From NCBI RefSeq assembly GCF_001457815.1, contig NZ_LN898221.1:115519-147518 (forward strand): DNA of 32,000 nucleotides, in the 5' to 3' direction. The position numbers and the translations under genes were made by a program. Below are positions 11,283 through 18,491 of this stretch, piece after piece; within the stretch, counting starts at the first letter, position 1; the number at the start of each line of letters is the position of its first letter. Under the pieces are notes generated by a model that did no database searches, was not told where the DNA came from, and was given only the letters and a program-made list of their open reading frames with translations. Source of the stretch: Vitreoscilla massiliensis (GTDB taxonomy: Bacteria > Pseudomonadota > Gammaproteobacteria > Burkholderiales > Neisseriaceae).

Positions 11283-12239
11283 TCACGATTGTTGGTTTAG
11301 GATGGTTTTTGGGTCAAACTGATTACCTGTTTTCAGAACGGTGAAGCAGTAAACCAAGAGCTTGCGCATCATTGCACAAATAATCTGCTTGTTGGTCTTT
11401 CCCTTGTCTTTTAGACGTCTGATGAATGGCTGATATACCGCCATTCTGAACGCTACAACGGCTGGCATGTACAGTGCTGACCTGATGTACTTGTCGCCCA
11501 TCTTTGAGATTGCTAAATGCCTTGTGGACTTGTTGCCTGACTGCTTGATGATGGGATTAAGACCAACGTACTTTGTGGCTTGTTTGGCGGTTTTGAATTG
11601 CTTATCTGCAAACAAAGTGAGGATGTGCGGTATGGTGCCATCGCTGATTGCTGTGATTGATTTTAGAAGCTTTGCCTGTTTATCCAAATCATCATCGGAT
11701 TTGATGCGCGACTGGATAACTTTCTCAATGACTTTGATTTCTGCTTTTGTGTTTTTAATACTGGTCTCTATATAAGGTTTTACAGAATGATGTGCGACCA
11801 GGAAACGATTGTTGTGTGATGTGAGCAAGTCTTTCAAACCGTCTAAATATCGTGTGAGGGCTTTTAATTCTCTTTCAGATGGTGAAGCAGGTTTATACAA
11901 CTCTGGTTGATTTCGTTGGCAGTAGATCGCAATGCTTTTTGCGTCTTGTTTGTCTGTTTTGACATTTTGTAATTCACTGGTAACGAATGCTTTAATGCGT
12001 AATGGATTGACTACTGAAATCTTGTGGCCTGTATCGTGTAGATAGTCGGCTATGGCTTCACTGTATGACCCAGTAGCTTCACAACAGGCGTAAACCTTGT
12101 TTGCGGTGTGTTTTTCTAACCAGTTTGTCAGCTTGATGAAACCCTCTTGATTGTTTTCGAATGTACGGTGCAGGTATTTTGTATCGTGCATTAAACAACA
12201 ATCAATCTTTGCCTTGGCAATGTCTAAACCTAAATACAT
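11283..12239 (-). CDS. IS110-family (DEDD, Piv/MooV-like) transposase
   Basis: 318 aa. The N-terminal RuvC-like region has MYLGLDIAKAK, CCEATGSY and KTDKQDA. The C-terminal Tnp domain has GLNPIIKQSGNKS...ISKMGDKYIRSALYM. GGGGAG lies upstream of the ATG. Confidence 0.9.
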   Translation of the reverse strand: MYLGLDIAKAKIDCCLMHDTKYLHRTFENNQEGFIKLTNWLEKHTANKVYACCEATGSYSEAIADYLHDTGHKISVVNPLRIKAFVTSELQNVKTDKQDAKSIAIYCQRNQPELYKPASPSERELKALTRYLDGLKDLLTSHNNRFLVAHHSVKPYIETSIKNTKAEIKVIEKVIQSRIKSDDDLDKQAKLLKSITAISDGTIPHILTLFADKQFKTAKQATKYVGLNPIIKQSGNKSTRHLAISKMGDKYIRSALYMPAVVAFRMAVYQPFIRRLKDKGKTNKQIICAMMRKLLVYCFTVLKTGNQFDPKTILNQQS

Positions 12240-12387
12240 GCAACTCCCCTTATATGCAAGCTGGCTTATTCCCTTTGCCGCTTTTGATACTGTTCAGATT
12301 TTTAGACAATAGAAAGCCCCAGTTACCAATCTTGTTTCCAAGCTCGAGGCTTAGCGGCTAGTGCGGTATATCTGGGGCTGGTACAAC

Positions 12388-12543
12388 TTAATTTTTCTTT
12401 TGGCCAAATAGCATCCAACCAAAAAAAACAGATGTATAAAAAACAAGTTCTTCAATTGTGAATGTTAGCTCACCAACACGAAAAACATTAATAACTTTAA
12501 GAATGACTATTACAACAAATAAAATTACTAAAAAACGTTTCAT
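12388..12543 (-). CDS. 51-aa hydrophobic protein translationally coupled to zot
   Basis: Below the ORF-track cutoff. Its ATG overlaps the zot TGA as ATGA at 12541-12545. The product MKRFLVILFVVIVILKVINVF...FYTSVFFGWMLF has two hydrophobic segments. Confidence 0.35.
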   Translation of the reverse strand: MKRFLVILFVVIVILKVINVFRVGELTFTIEELVFYTSVFFGWMLFGQKKN

Positions 12544-13784
12544 CACTGAGCATCAAGTTTTACAGATGGCCTCATTGTGTCTTTTGTAGTGCTATCAGTC
12601 AATGACAGTACATTGGCATTGTTTTGTTGCTGGGCTTGTTGCTGGCCTTGCTGTACTGGCGGTATTGGGTCACGGTACGGGTCAAACGGTAAACCTTCCT
12701 TTGCCCACTTTTTACAGAACACATCGGAGACATTAACGACCGTGCCTTGTTGGCTGTAAGCAGTGCATTTGCCTTTGCTAATCATCACCCCTTTAACCTG
12801 TTCAAATGTCTTGGGCTGGCGTATACCGTCGTAGAGTGGTTTTGATTCAGGTTTCTCAGGAATCGTGGGTACAAAGTCGGTAGGCTTTAAAGACTGTCCA
12901 GCTTGCGGAGTATCGTTATTTGATACTGCTCGATTATCCTGGACACCTTGTTTAGTAGCATTTGGTAATACGTCGCTTGCCATTTGCGCATCTAACTCTG
13001 TTTTTGGGCTTGTATCAATGCCACCAATATCTTGTTTGGCTCGATTACTTAAATGATAGAAACTGTATGCAATAAATAAAATGCCTACCATAAGAACGTA
13101 AATAACTGGGCTTACACGTCTTTTATGTTTAATGTGTATTGAGCTGGATTTGTAATATTTGAATGCGTTTTTAGGGGGCTTATAAAGCCTCTGTGTGGCA
13201 TCAGCAAGCGATTGCTTGCTGAGGTTGACCATGCATTCATTCCATTCATACAGCCGCGTTGTGGCTTGTTTACGGGCAACATGGATGTGTCTTGAGACGA
13301 GATTGCGAACATAGATGTCTATGTTCGCCGGGTGTTGCGTCATGATAATGAGTGTGTGGCCTTGATGGCGTAATTCTGTCAGTTTTGATACGTACTCTGG
13401 AACAGCTCTGGCACTGGAACGAACGGGGTAAACATAGTGACATTCATCAACGACTATCAAAGAACCATCGGGAAACAATTCAGCCAGTGGTGCAGATGAC
13501 ATGGTTTCATGGGAGACACGGGATGCGCCAAGCTTTGTAACTTTCAGACCGTCGATGTGTGAGATGTAATAAGGGCGTTTTATCCACTCGTAATCGGATG
13601 CTTTAGCTGCGGTTTCATCATCTTCATCGGATTCATTTTCATAATTGTAGTCAGGGTATTTCCACTCTTCTTTGCCATCAATTCGGGCAGGCATCTGGCC
13701 CAATTTGTCTTTGTTGTTGGCAATGGCATCGATGACGTAAGAAGTCTTGCCTGTACCCATATTACCTGTAATCAGGATAATCAT
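12543..13784 (-). CDS. zot: Zot-family assembly ATPase (pI-like)
   Basis: 413 aa. It has Walker A GNMGTGKT and Walker B LIVVDECH, one mid-protein TM helix (VIYVLMVGILFIAYSF), and a Q-rich C-terminal periplasmic domain. Confidence 0.9.
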   Translation of the reverse strand: MIILITGNMGTGKTSYVIDAIANNKDKLGQMPARIDGKEEWKYPDYNYENESDEDDETAAKASDYEWIKRPYYISHIDGLKVTKLGASRVSHETMSSAPLAELFPDGSLIVVDECHYVYPVRSSARAVPEYVSKLTELRHQGHTLIIMTQHPANIDIYVRNLVSRHIHVARKQATTRLYEWNECMVNLSKQSLADATQRLYKPPKNAFKYYKSSSIHIKHKRRVSPVIYVLMVGILFIAYSFYHLSNRAKQDIGGIDTSPKTELDAQMASDVLPNATKQGVQDNRAVSNNDTPQAGQSLKPTDFVPTIPEKPESKPLYDGIRQPKTFEQVKGVMISKGKCTAYSQQGTVVNVSDVFCKKWAKEGLPFDPYRDPIPPVQQGQQQAQQQNNANVLSLTDSTTKDTMRPSVKLDAQ

Positions 13785-14074
13785 ATACCGACACCTGTCA
13801 CACCCATCATGATGCGTTTGCCGACGTTTAGGGCGATTTTAAAGGCAATGGCACCGAAGATAATCGACAAGGCATAACCTAAACCTGCAATCATCATAAT
13901 GTTATAAGCCTCGGGCTGTGTTCTACTGAACTGAGTCAATATGATGTCTTTAAACTGCGTAAGAAGGTATGCAGAAACACCGCCAGTAACGAACGCTATA
14001 CCAAAGGCAGCAATCAGCTTAATGACTAAATAACGTGCAATATACGCAAGAACAGCTGCTAAAACGGCTGGCAT
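13781..14074 (-). CDS. DUF2523-like small membrane protein (pVI-position minor coat candidate)
   Basis: 97 aa with three hydrophobic helices. It lies immediately upstream of zot with an ATGA overlap, the usual inovirus arrangement. Confidence 0.55.
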   Translation of the reverse strand: MPAVLAAVLAYIARYLVIKLIAAFGIAFVTGGVSAYLLTQFKDIILTQFSRTQPEAYNIMMIAGLGYALSIIFGAIAFKIALNVGKRIMMGVTGVGI

Positions 14075-15633
14075 CAGTCTTTACTCCTTATGATGAGATA
14101 CAAACCTACGAGTGATGAAATAATGATGATGAATGGGCGCAACATTTCAGCCGCTTCACAGTGTTTTTCATAACTTTGAACGATGGTTCCCATGCTAAGC
14201 GTGATGGTTTTAGGAGCAGGGCAAGTACCTGTCGATGGTAAAAAGCTATCTAATTTAAATTCTGCAGGATTGGCAATTTCAGGGATTTTGATTTTGTCAA
14301 AGATTGATTCGGCTTCCTCACCTGTTCCAGATTGCAAACATGCACCCGCAGTGGGATTTTGTTGACAGAACTCGGCAATATCAGTGAACTCAGGAAATTC
14401 GATGTTGATGTCAGGTACGGATGGATTAACAACCTGTGGTTTTGTGCCAGTTTGCTCGTTTGGCTTAGCCACTGGAGCAGTATCTGTGTTGGTTAAGTCA
14501 GGACGAGCAACTGGAGTCACTTGCGTGGGATTTAATGTGCCACTTTGACCGAGAGACGGATTGTATGTCCAAGCGTCATTTGTGCCTGAATTCACGCCTA
14601 TGCCTGAGCTACCACCACCAATAATGACCTGGTCTTGTTGAGCGGTTCCTGTGATTGGATTCGTGTAAGGAGGGCCGATAACGCTAACTGGAGAGCCAAC
14701 AACGCCCCCAGTAAGCTGAACGTCTTTGATATTTTTGCCTTGAGTGGGTTCGTTAACGCACTCGCTTGGAAATTTTGCACACACTTCATCGAAATACTTT
14801 AATAAATCACGGTCTTGCATCAATCTTTCTTCAGTGAGAGTTGGTGATAAAGTAGACCACGAAAAAGAATAACCATCATAACCTGTCTGCGGAGCCGGTC
14901 TTTTGTAATAACAATTGACATGAACATTGACATTGCAATATTCAAGCGTTGAGCCATTAGGATTAACAGGCTTTAATTTTGACTGAACAACGGCAATAAG
15001 CTTGTCATGACTGACATATTCATCACGTGTTGCATAAATCGTATTTGTAGTCACAACTTGTTGCGTAGCAGGATTGACAACTTTTGAGACGTACATGTAT
15101 TCGACTTTTTGTTTGCAATCCACTTCATCACAATTAATACCATCTGTTCTAGCAGCCTCCAAAAAATACGCTAAAGCACCACCCATAACAGCATTTTTAG
15201 CAGCATTTTTAAGAGCGAAGTTTTTAAAAGTATTCCAAGCCACAGTTCGCCCAATAAAGCCACCCACACTTGGTGCCAAACGAGCCAACCAAAACCATGT
15301 GTGTTGGTATTGACCTTTGTTTTGGTAATTGAATGGTTGCTTGATGTAATTCGCGTACATGATGCCATCAGATTTTTTGTTTGCTACAACTTGCTCTAAC
15401 CAATCATCAGATGTGTACTTGGTTTTCAAATCCATGTTGACTTTGATTTCTGCGCTGAATCCTGTGGTTTTGTCATACGTCCAAGCCCTATTATCAAAAA
15501 CGTAAGGGTCAAGATTGAAGTACAAATTACCCTGTTCAGCATAGACATAGTTGCCGCCACCAAAGCCAAGGTAATTGATTGCGTGTGAGAATGTCGGAAG
15601 CATCAAAATGATGGCAATGAGGATACGGTACAT
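14074..15633 (-). CDS. pIII-like adsorption/minor coat protein
   Basis: 519 aa. It has a signal peptide, Gly/Ser/Thr/Pro-rich linkers (GGGSSGIGVNSGT, PVAKPNEQTGTKPQVVNPSVP) and a C-terminal membrane anchor FIIIISSLVGLYLII. It sits between the coat genes and zot. It is about 85-90% identical over long stretches to the partial ORF at 30961 onward. Confidence 0.65.
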   Translation of the reverse strand: MYRILIAIILMLPTFSHAINYLGFGGGNYVYAEQGNLYFNLDPYVFDNRAWTYDKTTGFSAEIKVNMDLKTKYTSDDWLEQVVANKKSDGIMYANYIKQPFNYQNKGQYQHTWFWLARLAPSVGGFIGRTVAWNTFKNFALKNAAKNAVMGGALAYFLEAARTDGINCDEVDCKQKVEYMYVSKVVNPATQQVVTTNTIYATRDEYVSHDKLIAVVQSKLKPVNPNGSTLEYCNVNVHVNCYYKRPAPQTGYDGYSFSWSTLSPTLTEERLMQDRDLLKYFDEVCAKFPSECVNEPTQGKNIKDVQLTGGVVGSPVSVIGPPYTNPITGTAQQDQVIIGGGSSGIGVNSGTNDAWTYNPSLGQSGTLNPTQVTPVARPDLTNTDTAPVAKPNEQTGTKPQVVNPSVPDINIEFPEFTDIAEFCQQNPTAGACLQSGTGEEAESIFDKIKIPEIANPAEFKLDSFLPSTGTCPAPKTITLSMGTIVQSYEKHCEAAEMLRPFIIIISSLVGLYLIIRSKD

Positions 15634-15634
15634 A

Positions 15635-15709
15635 TCAACGCCCCATCGTCAGTATGCCCATCGCAACGATGACGCAAGCAGCTAATCCGAGAAGTGTGTA
15701 GATAGACAT
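15635..15709 (-). CDS. 24-aa hydrophobic peptide (pVII/pIX-like candidate)
   Basis: MSIYTLLGLAACVIVAMGILTMGR. Its stop lies directly next to the pIII-like ATG. A positional counterpart of 26 aa exists in prophage 2 at 30881..30961. Confidence 0.3.
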   Translation of the reverse strand: MSIYTLLGLAACVIVAMGILTMGR

Positions 15710-15717
15710 AACGAACC

Positions 15718-15993
15718 TCACAAACCACGTCTAAGAATGGCAACACCAACCATTGATACTGCTACTACAATCAAAGCCCAACCCATTTCGATACCGTCTA
15801 GAACCTGCTGTAATGGGCTGCATTGGGGGAATGAATCAACGATTTGTATGCCGTTTAATTGCCATTGTTGGCCAACTTGCTCGGGCTGAACCAGTTGGCC
15901 GTTTTGATTGATAACAGGGGCAACAGAGCTGTATTTATAGTTCTGCGCTTCTTGAAGCGTTTCAAAGCACTGGAAACCTACTTGATAACCCAT
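15718..15993 (-). CDS. conserved inovirus protein with C-terminal TM anchor (minor coat candidate)
   Basis: 91 aa. AGGGGG lies upstream of the start. It is homologous to 30609..30881: MGYQVGFQCFETLQEAQNYKYSSVAPVI versus MGYFVDGVCVSTKEQAEAMLYSKVAPVI. Confidence 0.5.
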   Translation of the reverse strand: MGYQVGFQCFETLQEAQNYKYSSVAPVINQNGQLVQPEQVGQQWQLNGIQIVDSFPQCSPLQQVLDGIEMGWALIVVAVSMVGVAILRRGL

Positions 15994-16008
15994 GTTGCCC
16001 CCTGTTAA

Positions 16009-16209
16009 TTACAATGCGCGACGCAAGTATTTAACAACCATGATGGCAACCAATCCTGCAAAGATTGCCCATGCTACCAAGGCACCATCGGTACCAATAT
16101 TGGTAATCACATTGGTTACGTCCGCTGGAACCTCAGCGTGTGCTGCTACTGCCAATGCTGCCAATGATGCGCCAGCGCCATACTTCACTACCTGGTTAAT
16201 GCGTTTCAT
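16009..16209 (-). CDS. major coat protein (pVIII-like)
   Basis: 66 aa. The signal peptide ends AHA-E. The mature peptide of about 41 aa has an acidic N-terminus, a hydrophobic core and a basic C-terminus, KYLRRAL. AAGGAG lies upstream. Confidence 0.8.
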   Translation of the reverse strand: MKRINQVVKYGAGASLAALAVAAHAEVPADVTNVITNIGTDGALVAWAIFAGLVAIMVVKYLRRAL

Positions 16210-16224
16210 AATGAAACTCCTTGA

Positions 16225-16443
16225 TTAAATGTGTGGCCATGAAAGCGTGACCCCTTCGCTTAAAAACTCTTCAAAATCATCTAAATTCAGACTGAACTCT
16301 TCTTGCGGCTCTAATTCCCAACCATCGTCGCCAAGGTGTTCGATGTCGCCATCGGGATTCATGCGGTAATCTGAATTTCGGTACTCGTTGCCTTCATCGT
16401 CGATTTCACCGCTCATATCGTCGATGTCCCAATAGCCTGTCAT
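16225..16443 (-). CDS. extremely acidic small phage protein (YWDIDD motif)
   Basis: 72 aa, roughly one third Asp/Glu. It has an ATGA overlap with the upstream gene. It is homologous to 30015..30317 in prophage 2. Confidence 0.6.
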   Translation of the reverse strand: MTGYWDIDDMSGEIDDEGNEYRNSDYRMNPDGDIEHLGDDGWELEPQEEFSLNLDDFEEFLSEGVTLSWPHI

Positions 16444-16787
16444 TTGTTAGGCTTCATCGGCTGAGCGATGGATTTCATATGGGTTAAGCTGACTTGTGCG
16501 TTACCTGATTTGTCGATGTAGGCTGATACAAAGATGGGTAAGCGCAACAAGTCACCTGATTGGAAGTTTTCATCTACAAACTGACAGGTTTCTGCACTGA
16601 CACGGATGGATGTGCGACCGTCATTGTTGCGGGGTAAACCTGAACACTCTTCCAAATCCATGAAGTACATGGATTCTTTCTTTTCACCGTATTCATGACG
16701 GCGAAAGCCTGCGAATACACCAGTGGCCACCAACGGATGGCCGCCAGTACCTGCTGATTTTTGTTTGGGTTCATAAACTTGGCTCAT
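16440..16787 (-). CDS. ssDNA-binding protein candidate (gV position)
   Basis: 115 aa starting from the ATG at 16787 (MSQVYEPK), preceded by GAGAGG. It lies directly after Rep. The call is by position only. Confidence 0.4.
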   Translation of the reverse strand: MSQVYEPKQKSAGTGGHPLVATGVFAGFRRHEYGEKKESMYFMDLEECSGLPRNNDGRTSIRVSAETCQFVDENFQSGDLLRLPIFVSAYIDKSGNAQVSLTHMKSIAQPMKPNK

Positions 16788-16798
16788 TTCGATACCTC

Positions 16799-17806
16799 TC
16801 ATATTTCTTGTGATAAAACGATGTCGCGGCACTTGTAACCCCAAGAGCTGCCGACCATGAAACACATCATTTCGCTGTAATTGTCAGCGTTTAATGTGAT
16901 TGTGTTGACCATGCCAAATGCTTGTTGCACGCGGTTCCATTGGTCTTGGTTCGTTTCGATGTAAGCTTGGAGCTTCTTGCGCCACAGTGTTGAGCCGTAG
17001 CTGAAGAAGGAGAAATTGCTGTTAGCCACTTTCCAGCTATGGCCTGAATCTTGGGAGCATTGGACGAGGCGAACGCCTTTGTCTTTTGCTATGCGTGATT
17101 GAACGTGTTTGCTGATGTATTTGCCGACGTACTTGGCAAGACGTGCAGAGCAGGTGCGAATCGGCAGTAATTCGTGACGGCCAAAGCCATATTTTTCCAT
17201 CGAATCACGGAGCAATTTCCAAATCGCTTTTAAAGCCTTGTTTGCTGACTTGTAACGGCCGTAACGTGGCAATTTTTTGTTGTAAAACTGTTTGAAATCA
17301 AAGCCTGTCAGGATGTCTACTTTGCAATCTAAAATCAGGTGGTAATGAATACGGCCATTTTCTTGGCGTTCGTAACAGCGGATGTAATCACCGAAATATT
17401 TGTGTAAGCAGTATTTGTAGAATGATTTGAAGCGTTTTTGGGCTTCTTTTGGGCATTGGATGTCATCGGCAAAAGTCAGGGTCAGGAAGCCAATGTTATT
17501 AATCGGGTAATAATTGCAAAACGCTTCTACATTCATCTCAAGTGCTGCGGTGGATTTCTTGCCTTGAGAGGACAATTCAAACTTCTCAGATTCAACAATT
17601 GCACCTTCGGCGCAGTTGTTACTATTTTGACAAGGAACGTCCAAAACCTTGCGGTTTTGAACGTCTCCAGCAGCAGAATTGCGTGAATTTTGAACGCATG
17701 CAGAACACAAAGCACCTTCGGTCAACATGAATTTGAACGTGAAAACGCCACAGCCTTTGCACTGATGCTGTAACTTGAGCGGAACACCATGCATGAACTT
17801 AGCCAT
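16799..17806 (-). CDS. rolling-circle replication initiator, HUH endonuclease type, with N-terminal CxxC...CxxC zinc-ribbon-like segment
   Basis: 335 aa starting from the ATG at 17806 (MAKFMHG), preceded by GAGGT. Motif 1 is GFLTLTF, the HUH motif is HYHLIL, and the Tyr motif is AKYVGKYISK. The N-terminus has CKGCG-x16-CSAC. Confidence 0.72.
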   Translation of the reverse strand: MAKFMHGVPLKLQHQCKGCGVFTFKFMLTEGALCSACVQNSRNSAAGDVQNRKVLDVPCQNSNNCAEGAIVESEKFELSSQGKKSTAALEMNVEAFCNYYPINNIGFLTLTFADDIQCPKEAQKRFKSFYKYCLHKYFGDYIRCYERQENGRIHYHLILDCKVDILTGFDFKQFYNKKLPRYGRYKSANKALKAIWKLLRDSMEKYGFGRHELLPIRTCSARLAKYVGKYISKHVQSRIAKDKGVRLVQCSQDSGHSWKVANSNFSFFSYGSTLWRKKLQAYIETNQDQWNRVQQAFGMVNTITLNADNYSEMMCFMVGSSWGYKCRDIVLSQEI

Positions 17807-18104
17807 GATGTACCTCACTGGATGCAGAAGCAGGGGCGGACTCGTCAGCTCGTCCATCCCCTTGCTTCTGTTCTGTTTTGTTTGATTGTTTTATGCGGCG
17901 TTTACGCTTTGGACGTGAATCAAAATCAATAAGAAATTTTGAGATTAGGAGGAACAAATAGCAGGCAAGCATGAGCATAACGCCCAAACTTAGACCCTCA
18001 GTAACACCTTTAACATAAGCAGAACTTACATCAGGGGATGCATTGGCAATAATTTCTTGGCAAAGTTGTAAAACTTCAGGCTGTGCAGTGATATTGGAAT
18101 TCAT
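17799..18104 (-). CDS. single-pass membrane protein with basic C-terminal tail
   Basis: 101 aa starting from the ATG at 18104, which makes an ATGA overlap with the upstream ORF. The TM helix is LSLGVMLMLACYLFLLI, followed by RPKRKRRIKQ. Confidence 0.4.
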   Translation of the reverse strand: MNSNITAQPEVLQLCQEIIANASPDVSSAYVKGVTEGLSLGVMLMLACYLFLLISKFLIDFDSRPKRKRRIKQSNKTEQKQGDGRADESAPASASSEVHHG

Positions 18105-18298
18105 ACCGCACTCCCCACACGAATCAGGGGCAAATTGTTCCAATGAGCAAAGAGGATGCAGCGGAATAGGAAATTGTATTGACGAACTGGGGAGCGTTTA
18201 CCACCATCGACAAGCGTCACAATGTATTTGCGGCTTGGAGTACGTGAAACCTCAAAATATGCGGTTTCAATATCAAACTCTGGTAATGGTCTTTGCAT
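18101..18298 (-). CDS. conserved small inovirus protein (first gene of the operon)
   Basis: 65 aa starting from the ATG at 18298 (MQRPLPEF). The N-terminal ~45 aa are homologous to 27694..27885 (MHKPLPAHDKHTAYIEIS...). Confidence 0.5.
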   Translation of the reverse strand: MQRPLPEFDIETAYFEVSRTPSRKYIVTLVDGGKRSPVRQYNFLFRCILFAHWNNLPLIRVGSAV

Positions 18299-18432
18299 GT
18301 AAAACGCCCCTATGAATGAAATCACAGGGGCGTTTTCGCTTATGGATGCAGGTTTTTTAGCAAAATTTCAGCTAACACCTAAGATACTGTTCAAACTAAT
18401 GATTTTGTCATGCCCGAGTGATGGGCAAAATA

Positions 18433-18475
18433 TAAGCGGCCTGTAAACCGATTATATGGGTTTACAGGCCGCTTA
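18433..18475. terminator. inverted DUS-like pair terminator downstream of nhaC
   Basis: TAAGCGGCCTGTAAACC-gattatatg-GGTTTACAGGCCGCTTA forms a 17-bp stem. Confidence 0.7.
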
Positions 18476-18491
18476 ATGATTGAAACACAGC

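Larger units (their letters stand above)
11283..18336 (-). mobile_element. filamentous (Inoviridae, Nf/MDA-like) prophage 1 with a terminal IS110-family transposase; coordinates give the minimum extent and the exact ends are not determinable
   Basis: One co-directional gene string with ATGA/TGATG start-stop overlaps. The order is small ORFs, HUH Rep, ssDNA-binding candidate, acidic protein, major coat, minor proteins, pIII-like, DUF2523-like, Zot, then transposase. The block looks AT-richer than its flanks, and I saw no DUS copies in it. Confidence 0.85.

Noticed and set aside
12577-12700. Gln-rich low-complexity stretch at the C-terminus of Zot (QQGQQQAQQQNNAN) as a separate feature or frameshift site
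   Set aside because: It is in frame with the rest of the ORF, and the ORF ends with a coupled ATGA junction. It is best read as a linker or periplasmic tail of Zot.
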